Source of the DNA: Anaerolineae bacterium
GTDB lineage: Bacteria; Chloroflexota; Anaerolineae; B4-G1; DUEL01
Direction of reading: 5' to 3'
Length of the DNA stretch: 38,940 nt
NCBI GenBank assembly: GCA_041082215.1
Contig: JBDOIF010000056.1
Span: forward strand, 1 to 38,940
Under the pieces are notes generated by a model, which worked only from the letters and a program-made list of their open reading frames with translations, was not told where the DNA came from and ran no database searches. Shown here piece after piece: positions 7,797 through 17,190 of this stretch. Within the stretch, counting starts at the first letter, position 1, and each line of letters opens with the position of its first letter. Made by a program: the position numbers and the translations under genes.

Positions 7797-10340
7797 CTAC
7801 AGAACCATCACCGTGGACCCCTCGGCGGTCTTGGTTACCTCGATCCGCACGGGGAAGGCATCCCGCAGCTCTTCGATGTGGGTGATGACCAGGATGCAGG
7901 CAAACTCGTCCTGGATAGAGTGGATGGCCTCCACCAGTCGTTCCCGTCCCTGCACATCCTGGGTGCCGAACCCTTCGTCAATGACCAGTGTGGATAGCTG
8001 CGCTCCGGCCCGGCGGGCCAGCAGCCGGGAGAGGGCGATGCGGAGGGCGAAGTTGACGCGGAACTGTTCGCCGCCGGAGTAGTTCTCATAAGGCCGTTCC
8101 CCCAGCTCATCCATTATGCGGATGTCCAGGGTTTCCCGCACTTCCCCCGCCTGCGTCTCCCGCTGGGTTTCCAGCCGCACGTGCATCCGGCCGCCGGTCA
8201 TCCGGGCCAGGAGCCGGTTGGCCTCCGCCTCGATCTCCGGCACCGCCGCCTCGATGATCATCGCCGGCACTCCCTGAACGCCGAAGGCGGTCCGCAGCTC
8301 CTGGTAGATGGATTCCAGCTTCCGCAGCTCATCCCGGCGCTGGCGGCGGCCTTCCCGCTGCTGGGCCAGGGCATCGCAGGCAGCGAGCCGCTGCTGGGCG
8401 GCCCCCAGCCGCTGACGGGCCTCGGCCTCGGCGGCCCGCATCCGGTTCAGCTCCCCTTCGACGGCGGGGGCCTCTTTGAGCCGCTCCGTCAACACGGCGG
8501 CCCCCCTCTCCAGCTCCGCCCTGCGGGCCAGGGCAGCCTCTTCCTGCTCCCGCCACCGCTGTTCCGCCTCCGCCAGTCGGGCCAGGGCCTGCTCCTCCTG
8601 CTCGATGCCCGACCGGGCAGCGTCCAATTGCCCCTTCTGCTCCACAAACCCCTCGTTTTCGGCGACGGCGCGACGGGCCGCCCTGTGGGCCTCCGGGTCG
8701 TACCCCAGCTCCGCCGCCCGGGCGGCCACCGCTGCCAGCTCTGCCTGAGCTTCCGGGGCATACGCCTCCGCCGCCAGTTGGGCCTCCACGCGGGCCAGCT
8801 CCTCCCGGACCGTCTCCAGCGCCCGCTCCGCCTCCTCCCCGTCCCGGATCCGCTCCGCCAGCGCCGCCGCCTCCCGCTCCAGCCGGGGCAGCTCGTGGAG
8901 GAGGGACTCGCTCTGAGCGATCTGGGTCTCCAACCCCGCCACCTCTGCCGAGATCCCCTCCAGACGGGCCCGGTTAGCCCGGTACCGATCCCCCTTCTGT
9001 TTCCCCTCTGCCCGGAGTTCCTCGATCAACTGCAGCCGCTTCTCCTCGGTGAGGGGCTGTTCGCAGAGGGGACAGGTGGCCCCTGCCTGTTCCAGCAGCT
9101 CGATCCGCTCCTTGAGGGCCTCCATCTCCGGCTTGAGGGCCCTGTTCTCCGCCTCCAGCGCCGCCCGCTCCTCAGCCAGCCGGGCCAGGTCCGCCCGCGC
9201 CATCTCCCGGCTCTCCATCAACTGACGGAGATGGGTCGCCTGCGCCTGGGCCTCCTCGTACTGGCGGAGGAGTTCGGGGGTAGCCCGCCGACGTTCCAGC
9301 CCGTCAACCTGCTGGGCGATCCGACCCCGTTCCACCTCCAGGGCGCGACGGGCCTCCTCGATCTCCCGTTCCAGCTCCCTCTGCCGTTCGCCCAGGTCTG
9401 CCAGTGCGGAGAGCTTTTCCCCCAGCATCCGCTCCTGTTCCAGCGCCTTCTGGTAGGCAGCAAACCCCGCCTCGATCTCCTCCGCCCGGGCCAGGAGCTG
9501 CCGGTACTGGGCCAGGCGGGCCTCCCGCTCCCTTCGCTCGACAGACAGCGCCTCCTGCTCCCGCCGGGCCTGGGCGATCCGGCCCTCCAGCTCCTCCATC
9601 TGTGCCTGGAGGTGGCGGAGCTCCGTCCGCGCCGTCTCCAGCTCCTGCCAGGCGGCCTGCACCTTCTGGAGGGTTTCACTCAGCTCCACCACCTCCGCCC
9701 GGGCAGCCTGGAGCTGGGCTTCGTATTCAGGCCGGCGGGCCAGTTCCGCCTCGATCTCGGCCAGACGGAGGTCGAGGGCGCGGCCTTCCTCCTGCACCTC
9801 CCGCAGCCGCTCCTTGGCCCGCTCCTCGTAGACCCCCCAGCGGTCCAGCCCCAGGATCTCCCCCAGCACCCGCTTCCGGTCGGCGGGGGTTTTGACCGTG
9901 AACTCGTCGGCGCGGCCCTGACGGAGGAAGGCGGAGTTGACGAAGGTATCGTAATCCAGCCGGAGTAACCCTTCGATCCTGAGCTGGGTAGCGCGAAGGG
10001 TGCTCTCGGCGATGGAACGCCAGCGGCCGTTGTCCTGGACCTGAAAGTCGAGCAGGGAGCGGCCCCGTTTGCCCCCTTCCCGCTTCCGGACCACCCGATA
10101 GAGGTCAGGGCCAAGCCGGAAGGTGAAATCCACCTCCATTTCGTCCTGGCCCAGCCGGATCAGCTCGTCGTCCCGCCGGGCGCGGGCGCGGCCCCACAGC
10201 GCCCAGGTGATCCCGTCCAGCAGGGCAGACTTGCCCGCCCCGTTTTCGCCGCTCAGGCAGGCGACGTGGATGCCGGAGAAATCCACCGTGGCCTGGCGGT
10301 AACACATAAAGTTGGTGAGGGAGAGGCGTTGGGGGATCAT
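7797..10340 (-). CDS. sbcC: SbcC/Rad50-type SMC ATPase
   Basis: Walker A GENGAGKS, Q-loop FLRQG, long coiled coil with a central CPLC zinc hook, signature YSGGE, Walker B LVIDEGFG, and ITH. Confidence 0.93.
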   Translation of the reverse strand: MIPQRLSLTNFMCYRQATVDFSGIHVACLSGENGAGKSALLDGITWALWGRARARRDDELIRLGQDEMEVDFTFRLGPDLYRVVRKREGGKRGRSLLDFQVQDNGRWRSIAESTLRATQLRIEGLLRLDYDTFVNSAFLRQGRADEFTVKTPADRKRVLGEILGLDRWGVYEERAKERLREVQEEGRALDLRLAEIEAELARRPEYEAQLQAARAEVVELSETLQKVQAAWQELETARTELRHLQAQMEELEGRIAQARREQEALSVERREREARLAQYRQLLARAEEIEAGFAAYQKALEQERMLGEKLSALADLGERQRELEREIEEARRALEVERGRIAQQVDGLERRRATPELLRQYEEAQAQATHLRQLMESREMARADLARLAEERAALEAENRALKPEMEALKERIELLEQAGATCPLCEQPLTEEKRLQLIEELRAEGKQKGDRYRANRARLEGISAEVAGLETQIAQSESLLHELPRLEREAAALAERIRDGEEAERALETVREELARVEAQLAAEAYAPEAQAELAAVAARAAELGYDPEAHRAARRAVAENEGFVEQKGQLDAARSGIEQEEQALARLAEAEQRWREQEEAALARRAELERGAAVLTERLKEAPAVEGELNRMRAAEAEARQRLGAAQQRLAACDALAQQREGRRQRRDELRKLESIYQELRTAFGVQGVPAMIIEAAVPEIEAEANRLLARMTGGRMHVRLETQRETQAGEVRETLDIRIMDELGERPYENYSGGEQFRVNFALRIALSRLLARRAGAQLSTLVIDEGFGTQDVQGRERLVEAIHSIQDEFACILVITHIEELRDAFPVRIEVTKTAEGSTVMVL

Positions 10341-10372
10341 CCGTCTATCGTCCGCCGCTCATCGCATATCGC

Positions 10373-11470
10373 TCACCACCCCCGTGGCTGCTGCTGCGTG
10401 ATGCAGTGGATGTTCCCGCCGCCCAGGAGGATTTCCCGCGCAGGGACCCCGACCACGCGCCGCTCTGGCAACAATCGCTGGAGGGTTGCCAGCGCTTCGG
10501 CGTCGTGCGGGTCGTCGAAGGTGGGGACAATCGCGCCGCCGTTGCAGAAGTAGAAGTTGATATACGAGGCAGCCATGCGGTCGCCCGCCTGACGCGGGAG
10601 TGTTCCTTCCACTGCATCCACCCCTTCGGCCTCTTCGGGGGTGATGATCACCGGGTTCGGCTGATGGATCTTGTGGACGGTCAGACGCCGCCCCCGGGCA
10701 TCGGTGACGGACATCAGGTAGTCCAGGGCCTCAGCAGAGCGCTCATACTGCGGATCAGAGCGGTCGTCCGTCCAGGTCAGGGCGATCTCGCCGGGACGCA
10801 GGAAGCAGGCGATGTTATCCACGTGGCCAGAGGTCTCATCGTTGTAAACGCCACGCGGGATCCAGAGCACCTTTTCCACGTTGAGGTATTCCTTCAGCAC
10901 CTCTTCGATCTGCTCCTGCGTCAGATCGGGGTTGCGGCCGGGGCTGAGCAGACACTCGGCGGTGGTGATGCAGGTCCCTTCGCCGTCCACGTGAATCGAG
11001 CCGCCTTCCAGAACAATGGGCGCGCGGTAGCGGTCCAGCCGCTCAATTTCCAGCACCTTTTGTGGAACGGCATCGTCCAGGTCCCAGGGGAAGTACAGGC
11101 CGTTGTACAGCCCGCCCCATGCATTGAACCTCCAGTCAATGCCGCGCACTTCGCCCTGGCCGTTGATGACAAAAGTCGGGCCGCAGTCGCGCATCCAGGA
11201 GTCGTTGTTGGAGATCTCGACCACGCGCACTTCGGGTGGGAGCATCTGGCGGGCGTTGGCATACTGGCTCTGGTTGACGCCCATCGTCACCGGCTCAAAC
11301 TGCGCGATGGCACGGGCGACGGCGACGAAAGCCCTCTGCGCCGGCTTCGCGCCCAACCGCCAGTTGTCCGGTCGTTGAGGCCAGAGCATCCACGTCCCGA
11401 CATGAGGCGCAAACTCAGCGGGCATAAAAAAGCCATCGGCTCGAGGGGTCGAGTTGCACAAGCGCGCCAT
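10373..11470 (-). CDS. aguA: Agmatine deiminase
   Basis: Motifs [48 protein letters not shown] and [13 protein letters not shown]. Confidence 0.96.
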   Translation of the reverse strand: MARLCNSTPRADGFFMPAEFAPHVGTWMLWPQRPDNWRLGAKPAQRAFVAVARAIAQFEPVTMGVNQSQYANARQMLPPEVRVVEISNNDSWMRDCGPTFVINGQGEVRGIDWRFNAWGGLYNGLYFPWDLDDAVPQKVLEIERLDRYRAPIVLEGGSIHVDGEGTCITTAECLLSPGRNPDLTQEQIEEVLKEYLNVEKVLWIPRGVYNDETSGHVDNIACFLRPGEIALTWTDDRSDPQYERSAEALDYLMSVTDARGRRLTVHKIHQPNPVIITPEEAEGVDAVEGTLPRQAGDRMAASYINFYFCNGGAIVPTFDDPHDAEALATLQRLLPERRVVGVPAREILLGGGNIHCITQQQPRGW

Positions 11471-11480
11471 CTGCGCCTCC

Positions 11481-12500
11481 TTAATCCAAAGCCGGATGGT
11501 TCAACAATGCCTCGATTTGCCCTTTGTGATAGGCTCTGAGTTCCTCGGATGGCCGTTTGAGGCGCGGGTAGATCAGGTAGACCAGCAAACCTTTTTCGGT
11601 GTGGAGGCGGTTCTCGGACTGATCGAAAATGATCGAGCGGGGGTGGTCCATCACCTCATCGGTGACTTCCACGCCGCGCGAGGCGGGCAGGCAGTGCATA
11701 AACTTGCAGTGGGACGGCGCTTTGTTGAACAGGTCGAGGTTGATCTGATATGTCGGCATGAAGGCAGCGCGACGCTCAGGGATCTGGTCCTCCTGACCGA
11801 CCCACCACCAGAGGTCGGTGTAGATGAAGTCGGCTTCGCGCACCGCCGCTACCGGGTCTTCGGTAACCGTCAGTGTACCGCCCGATTCGCGGCAGTTGGC
11901 CTCAGCCTGGGCAATCCAGTCTGCTGGCGCCTGGTATTTCTTCGGCGCGGCATGGGTAAAGTGCATGCCCAGCCGGGTGCAGATGAGCATCAGTGAGGAG
12001 AGGACGTTCGTGGCATCACCGATGAAGGTCACGCGCAGATCCTCCAGCCGTTTCCCGGCGGGCATGTGTTCCATCATCGTCAGGACATCACAGACGACCT
12101 GGGTAGGATGGTTGTAATCGGTCAGGCCGTTGATGACGGGGACTTCAGCATATCTGGCCAGCTCGGTGATCGTCTGATGCTTGAGCGTGCGGGCAAAGAT
12201 AGCGTCGCACATGCGTGAGAGGACCTTAGCCGTATCGTACAGGGACTCGCGCACGCCGAGGTGGATCTCGCCCGGCTTGAGATAGAGCGCGTGTCCGCCG
12301 AGCTCCGTCATGGCGACCTCGAAAGAGACCCTCGTGCGGGTAGAAGGCTCCTCGAAGATCATCGCCAGCGAAGCCCCCTCGAGCAACCTGGGCGTGCAAC
12401 CCTGTTTGTCGGCAGCCTTGATACGACGGATCAGCTCGATGATGGCAAGCAGCTCCTCCTTCGCGAAATCCTGTGTGTCAATAAAGTGTTTCAGCCCCAT
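11481..12500 (-). CDS. ptcA: Putrescine carbamoyltransferase (OTCase family)
   Basis: Motifs [17 protein letters not shown] and ENRLH. The OTC SMG loop is absent ([10 protein letters not shown]). Has a C-terminal helical extension and lies directly upstream of aguA. Confidence 0.85.
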   Translation of the reverse strand: MGLKHFIDTQDFAKEELLAIIELIRRIKAADKQGCTPRLLEGASLAMIFEEPSTRTRVSFEVAMTELGGHALYLKPGEIHLGVRESLYDTAKVLSRMCDAIFARTLKHQTITELARYAEVPVINGLTDYNHPTQVVCDVLTMMEHMPAGKRLEDLRVTFIGDATNVLSSLMLICTRLGMHFTHAAPKKYQAPADWIAQAEANCRESGGTLTVTEDPVAAVREADFIYTDLWWWVGQEDQIPERRAAFMPTYQINLDLFNKAPSHCKFMHCLPASRGVEVTDEVMDHPRSIIFDQSENRLHTEKGLLVYLIYPRLKRPSEELRAYHKGQIEALLNHPALD

Positions 12501-12527
12501 TGTTTCCTCCTCCTCTCGTCGGCTTTC

Positions 12528-14369
12528 TCACCCGCCCATGCGCAGGCGGGTCCATCTGCCCACCTGCTCCAGGATCTCCTCTGCGCTCCGGTAGGCCGCT
12601 TCGCCGCTGGCCCCCAGCATCTGCGCCAGTTCAGCGACCCTCTCCGCCCCTTCCAGCGCAGCGACGCGGGTGACGGTGCGCCCCCCGGCGACGACCTTCT
12701 CCACCCGCAGGTGCTGATCGCCGAAGGCGGCCAGTTGCGGCAGGTGGGTGACGCAGAGCACCTGATGGGCAACGCCGCCGTTCTCGCCGGCCACGGTCAG
12801 CGCCCAGAGCTTTTCCCCTACTGTCGCGCCCACCCGCCCCCCGATCCCCTGGTCAATCTCGTCGAAGATCAGCGTGGGGGTCTCGTCGGCGCGGGAGAGG
12901 ACCGCCTTGAGGGCCAGCATCAGCCGGGAGGTCTCCCCGCCGGAGGCGATCTTCGCCAGGGGCTTGAGCGGTTCACCAGGGTTGGGGGAAACAAGGAACT
13001 CGACCCGGTCAATGCCGGTCGCGTCAAAGGCCACCTTTGGGGGGATTTCAGGTTGCAGGCTGGAGGCCTCAAGTTGCTCTATGCCGGAACCCGCAACCTG
13101 GAGCCTGAGGCCTGAAATCGAAGCGGGCAGAGGGATCCCCTGCGCATCCTCCCGCCACTGGAACTCCACCCCAAACCGGGCGCCGGCCATCCGCAGGTCC
13201 TGCAGTTCCCGCTCGACCTCCTGAGCCAGTCGCTGGGCGGCCTCCTGGCGGCGGGTGGAAAGCTCCCACGCCAGCCCCGTCAGCTCCCCCAGCAGCCGCT
13301 CCTCTTCCGCCCGCAGCTCCTCGATCCGCTCCTCGCTGTGGGTGATCGCCTCCAGCTCCCGGGCCGCCTGGCGGGCATAGGCCAGCACGTCGGCGATGGT
13401 GGGGCCATACTTCCGTTCCAGCCGGTGGATCAGGTCCAGCCGATCTTCCACCTCCGACAGCCGCCGGGGGTTGTATTCCACCCGCTCCCGGTAATCCCGG
13501 AGCGCATCGGCCAGGTCCTGCAGCCGGTAGGTGAGCTCCTCCGCCTCCCGGAGCTGGGGTTCCAGGCTGCCGTCAATACGGGCCAGCCCTTCCAGAGCAC
13601 GGACAGCGGTCCCCAGGAGGTCCATCGCTGCCGGGGATTCCTCTGTCCCCTCATTTAAAGCGCCCAGCCCTTCCGCCAATAGCTCCGCCAGCCGTTCGGC
13701 GTTGGCCAGCCGGACCCGCTCCTCAGCCAGTTCCTCCTCTTCGCCAGGCGTGAGGGCCGCCGCCTCGATCTCGGCGATCTGGTACTGGAGCAGGTCTATC
13801 CGCTGGACCCGTTCCCGCTCGCTTCGTTCCAGTTCCGCCCGTTCCCTTCGCACCCGCTGCACCTGGGAGGCCAGGTCTGCCACCCGTCTCCGCAGTTCCC
13901 CCAGGTCAGCGTACCGATCCAGGAGGTTCACATGCTCCCGCACCCGCAGGAGGGAAAGGTGCTCGCTCTGCCCGTGGATGTCCACCAGCCCCTCGGCCAC
14001 CTCCCGCAGAAGCGCCAGCGTCACCGCCCGTCCATTGACCCGACAGAGGGAACGGCCCTCGGCACGGACCTCCCGGGCCAGCATCAACAGGTCCGGCTCA
14101 TCCCCCTCCAGCCCTTCCTGTTCCAGCAGAGGCTGGAGGGCGACCCGGCGGGCCGGCTCCAGTTGGAAGATGGCCTCCACCAGCGCCCGGTCCGCCCCTG
14201 CGCGGATGACGGTCGTATCCGCCCGTCCGCCCAGCACCAGCTCGACAGCGTCAATGATGATGGACTTCCCCGCCCCGGTCTCTCCGGTGAGGACGACAAA
14301 GCCGGGAGGGAGGGTAAGGTGGAGTTCGTCTATGATAGCGAAGTCGTGGATATGGAGTTCCCTCAGCAT
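12528..14369 (-). CDS. recN: DNA repair protein RecN
   Basis: Motifs LTGETGAGKSIIIDA, DIHGQ, SPNPGEPLKPLAKIASGGETSR, IFDEIDQGIGG and CVTHLPQLAA. Confidence 0.97.
   Translation of the reverse strand: MLRELHIHDFAIIDELHLTLPPGFVVLTGETGAGKSIIIDAVELVLGGRADTTVIRAGADRALVEAIFQLEPARRVALQPLLEQEGLEGDEPDLLMLAREVRAEGRSLCRVNGRAVTLALLREVAEGLVDIHGQSEHLSLLRVREHVNLLDRYADLGELRRRVADLASQVQRVRRERAELERSERERVQRIDLLQYQIAEIEAAALTPGEEEELAEERVRLANAERLAELLAEGLGALNEGTEESPAAMDLLGTAVRALEGLARIDGSLEPQLREAEELTYRLQDLADALRDYRERVEYNPRRLSEVEDRLDLIHRLERKYGPTIADVLAYARQAARELEAITHSEERIEELRAEEERLLGELTGLAWELSTRRQEAAQRLAQEVERELQDLRMAGARFGVEFQWREDAQGIPLPASISGLRLQVAGSGIEQLEASSLQPEIPPKVAFDATGIDRVEFLVSPNPGEPLKPLAKIASGGETSRLMLALKAVLSRADETPTLIFDEIDQGIGGRVGATVGEKLWALTVAGENGGVAHQVLCVTHLPQLAAFGDQHLRVEKVVAGGRTVTRVAALEGAERVAELAQMLGASGEAAYRSAEEILEQVGRWTRLRMGG
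13044..13119. repeat. Inverted degenerate heptamer element inside recN
   Basis: Perfect 9-bp terminal IR GATTTCAGG...CCTGAAATC enclosing 7-bp-period units (TTGCAGG CTGGAGG ... CCGCAAC CTGGAGC CTGAGGC). Confidence 0.7.
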
Positions 14370-14397
14370 AGGTCTCCTGCATGCTGCGTGCTGCGTA

Positions 14398-14916
14398 TCA
14401 GGTACGGAGCCGTGCGACGGCGGCGCCGACGGCGGTGACCAGATAGAGGCCGGTCCATATCAGCGTCCAGGCACCTGCTGGCAGCCAGGAGGGATCGGAG
14501 AGGCTGGCGACGAGCGGCAGGAGGGCCAGCAGTGCCCGGGGCAGCCCGCCGATCAGCACACATCCCCCCACGACCAGCCAGGTATACCGGCCGCGTCGCC
14601 GACGGATGGCCCGGCGGGCCGCTTCGGCGATCCCTGCCCCGACCAGGGGGCCGAGAAAGAGGTTGAACCAGCCCAGGGCCGGCAGGACCCATCCGGCGAT
14701 CAGCCCCAAAGGCAGGGCCACTGCTGCGGCGACGAGATAGTACACCGGCCGGAAGTCGGCGTAGAAGACCCGTTGCTGCCGGTTGCGGCAGGCAGGACAG
14801 ATATACCCCACCTCGGTCCGCACGGCGCATCTGGCGCAGATCGGCGCGTCGCAGCGGGCACAGCGGAGGTAGGTTTCGACGTTGGGATGGTTGATGCAGT
14901 GTAATGGCTCCGACAT
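14398..14916 (-). CDS. B-box-like zinc-finger membrane protein
   Basis: CxxH-x7-CxxC-x4-CxxC-x9-CxxC (CINHPNVETYLRCARCDAPICARCAVRTEVGYICPAC), followed by about four TM helices. Confidence 0.8.
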   Translation of the reverse strand: MSEPLHCINHPNVETYLRCARCDAPICARCAVRTEVGYICPACRNRQQRVFYADFRPVYYLVAAAVALPLGLIAGWVLPALGWFNLFLGPLVGAGIAEAARRAIRRRRGRYTWLVVGGCVLIGGLPRALLALLPLVASLSDPSWLPAGAWTLIWTGLYLVTAVGAAVARLRT

Positions 14917-14935
14917 AGAGAGTGCTCCGTGGAGG

Positions 14936-15852
14936 TCAGATGTTCAGAAGCTCGAAGATCTCGTCACGTATCGCTTCATCTGCCAGAAGGTCTTCTATTG
15001 TGAACCAATGAGTCACGAGATGCCGATTGATCTCCAAGTCATTTCTCGCCCTCGGTGTCATAGACACACCCTGGATGATCAGCACCGTTATAGCGGCAGG
15101 ATTCTCCTCTCTAACACGGCTGAGGCTCTTAAGTGCTGCTCCCAGCCGCTCCAGAACTCCTGCAGGGTCTATCCCTCCTTAATGACATCACCTTTGTAGA
15201 AGGCAATATCCGGCTCGTCAGCAAAGATGACCGCACGGCCGTCGGAGAGTTTCATTTGTGTGCCGTCTTCTGCTTCTTGCACCGACCATTCCCTTTCGCG
15301 CAACCTCCGCTGGATCAATCCCTTCACAACCGTTTCGACTCTTGTGCCTTTGATATTCTGCCAGGAACCCTGGGCCTGAGTGCCAGCAGCCATACCTCGC
15401 CACAGGTCGAACTCCCGGGCATCAATCTGTTCATCGAACTCAATCAACCTGCTGATGATCTGGTTCAGATGGCGAGAAAGCTCGCAGGCAATGGCACGAT
15501 CTGGGATAACTGAAGCAGTCTCATACTGACTTACGGCGAGTCCTACTCGTGCCATGGATTTCTGTGAGGCCATGGAGAGCATACGGTAATAAGCAGTTGC
15601 GCCTGGAACGCTTGTCAGGACCTCCGGATGAGCAAAGACAGTGACCGGCTTGATCCCCCGATGGATCACCTTCTTCCAGGCACTTTCGGAGACGCCGAGG
15701 TCGGTCAAATCCCACTCCAGAGATTCCCCCTTAAAAGCATCCAGAGCAGAGGCCACAGAGAGCATTCTCCACTCGTGGAGTTTTTGATGAAAGAACTCGC
15801 TCTTGGTTAGCTGATCCAGGAACCAGACCTGACGGTATACATCCGACTTCAC
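14936..15852 (-). pseudogene. XcyI-family type II restriction endonuclease, frameshifted
   Basis: GTG start overlaps the MTase stop, with a GGAGG RBS. The first frame ends ...EPDIAFYKGDVIKEG* at 15169. A shifted frame continues GGIDPAGVLERLGAALKSLSRVREENPAAITVLIIQGVSMT...IFELLNI* to 14936. GSWQNIKG and xGGIDPAG resemble the XcyI family (recall). Confidence 0.75.
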
Positions 15853-17174
15853 TGTTTCCTCCAAACAACGACACTCTCTCGAACGGGGACGCGCCCGAAA
15901 CGCCCCATTTGTTGAGAACTGTTACCTTTGTAGCGGGCAATGATGACTTCCTCTACGGTAAAGCCCGCGTCTTCAGCCATTTCAGAGAGTATCAGGTCAA
16001 CGGGAAGCAATTGACCTTCAAAGCGGACGTTGTCTACAACCATTGCTACCCGTGCCGGGGAAGCTAACACATTTCCCCATTCCTGGATGGCTTTCTGCAT
16101 ATCTACAAAGTAGGCTGTGAGCATGTCCGGGATTCTCGGATTGTTAAGTTCTTTACCCCGTGCCCTCAGGAAGTCCACCATCTCACGCACAGCCGGATGG
16201 GGAGGGGTCTCACCAGAGTCCAACCTGGATTCAATGTGGGAACGGAGCATGCTATGACGCAGGTCTCTCAGTTCTGCGAAGTCCTGAACAAAGTGGAAAC
16301 AGAGCTCCAACGAGTAGGTACGCGTATAGTCATACCGGTTGGCATAGGGCGGCGAAGTAATGATCGCCGTTGGTGGCCGTTCGAAGGCTATCTGGCTTAA
16401 CGCGCGGCTATCCCCCAGAATGGCCGTGAAGGGCGAAAAGGCAGTTGTCCATCCTAACTCACGGATCCACAGCAAATCTCTCTCGGCATCCACCACCTTT
16501 TTGGCTAATGCTTCCTCTGGATCAGCCAGCTTCTTGTCTCGTTTCAACCTCAGGAACTGCCCGTCCTTAGACGTGTAACTGCAGGGCTCAAGGATCGAGA
16601 AGAACAGCAACCGAAAGATATCCCTGAAAGGTTGTTCCAGAGCATCAATGGCCCCCTTCCACCTGCGCAGTGTAAGCAGGACATCGGCCGGGAAGGCCAC
16701 ATCCATTATAGCGACATCCATAGCAATAGCAGCCGGTTCTGCCCTAGAAACCTCTTTCCTAAGCCGCTCGAACATCTCACGAAGTTCCCCGGGTGCGATG
16801 GAGAAAAACAGGCGGAGAGTCTGTGCGATAAAAACAGCTACTGGCAGACGGTCAATGCCAATGGAAGGTATCCCCTTGCAGGATGCCGCGAGCAGGGTGG
16901 TGCCCATACCACAGAAGGGGTCCAGGACATAATCATCTCTACCTAATCCCAACCGGGCTATCCATCTATCTACAAAGCGAAAGGCGAATGCTTCTTTATA
17001 GCGATAGAGACGCAGGAGAGGCACTTCTTTGTTACCGATGTAGGAAACCAGGCTCCCTAACTGCAGGTCCTCTCGAAGCAGATGAGCGTACTTCTGCTCC
17101 AATTGCCGGGCCTCGGTATTGGACCAGGTTTCCAGCGCGGGTTCCAACTCAAACAGTACCAGTTGCTTCATCAT
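15849..17174 (-). CDS. DNA amino-methyltransferase, probably N4-cytosine, alpha class
   Basis: Motif I VLDPFCGMGTT lies N-terminal to motif IV IITSPPY. Also YRYKEAF. Visibly lower GC than the flanks, and coupled to the REase gene. Confidence 0.9.
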   Translation of the reverse strand: MMKQLVLFELEPALETWSNTEARQLEQKYAHLLREDLQLGSLVSYIGNKEVPLLRLYRYKEAFAFRFVDRWIARLGLGRDDYVLDPFCGMGTTLLAASCKGIPSIGIDRLPVAVFIAQTLRLFFSIAPGELREMFERLRKEVSRAEPAAIAMDVAIMDVAFPADVLLTLRRWKGAIDALEQPFRDIFRLLFFSILEPCSYTSKDGQFLRLKRDKKLADPEEALAKKVVDAERDLLWIRELGWTTAFSPFTAILGDSRALSQIAFERPPTAIITSPPYANRYDYTRTYSLELCFHFVQDFAELRDLRHSMLRSHIESRLDSGETPPHPAVREMVDFLRARGKELNNPRIPDMLTAYFVDMQKAIQEWGNVLASPARVAMVVDNVRFEGQLLPVDLILSEMAEDAGFTVEEVIIARYKGNSSQQMGRFGRVPVRESVVVWRKQ

Positions 17175-17190
17175 CCTTCACCGAAGGCTA

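Noticed and set aside
8181..9968. Long antisense ORFs (e.g. 8181-9968 +, 5631-7004 +, 19459-20778 -, 23888-25450 +, 13531-14904 +)
   Set aside because: Shadow frames of well-supported genes in high-GC DNA, with no recognisable motifs.
11481..12500. argF (ornithine carbamoyltransferase)
   Set aside because: It lacks the SMG loop, has a C-terminal extension and sits next to aguA, so putrescine carbamoyltransferase fits better.
7797..14369. Wadjet/Lamassu-type SMC defence system
   Set aside because: The two SMC-like proteins have canonical RecN and SbcC signatures, and no kleisin, KITE or effector genes are adjacent.
15165..15190. Programmed ribosomal frameshift in the REase gene
   Set aside because: No slippery heptamer, and the catalytic E-x-K appears missing in either frame, so recoding would not restore activity.
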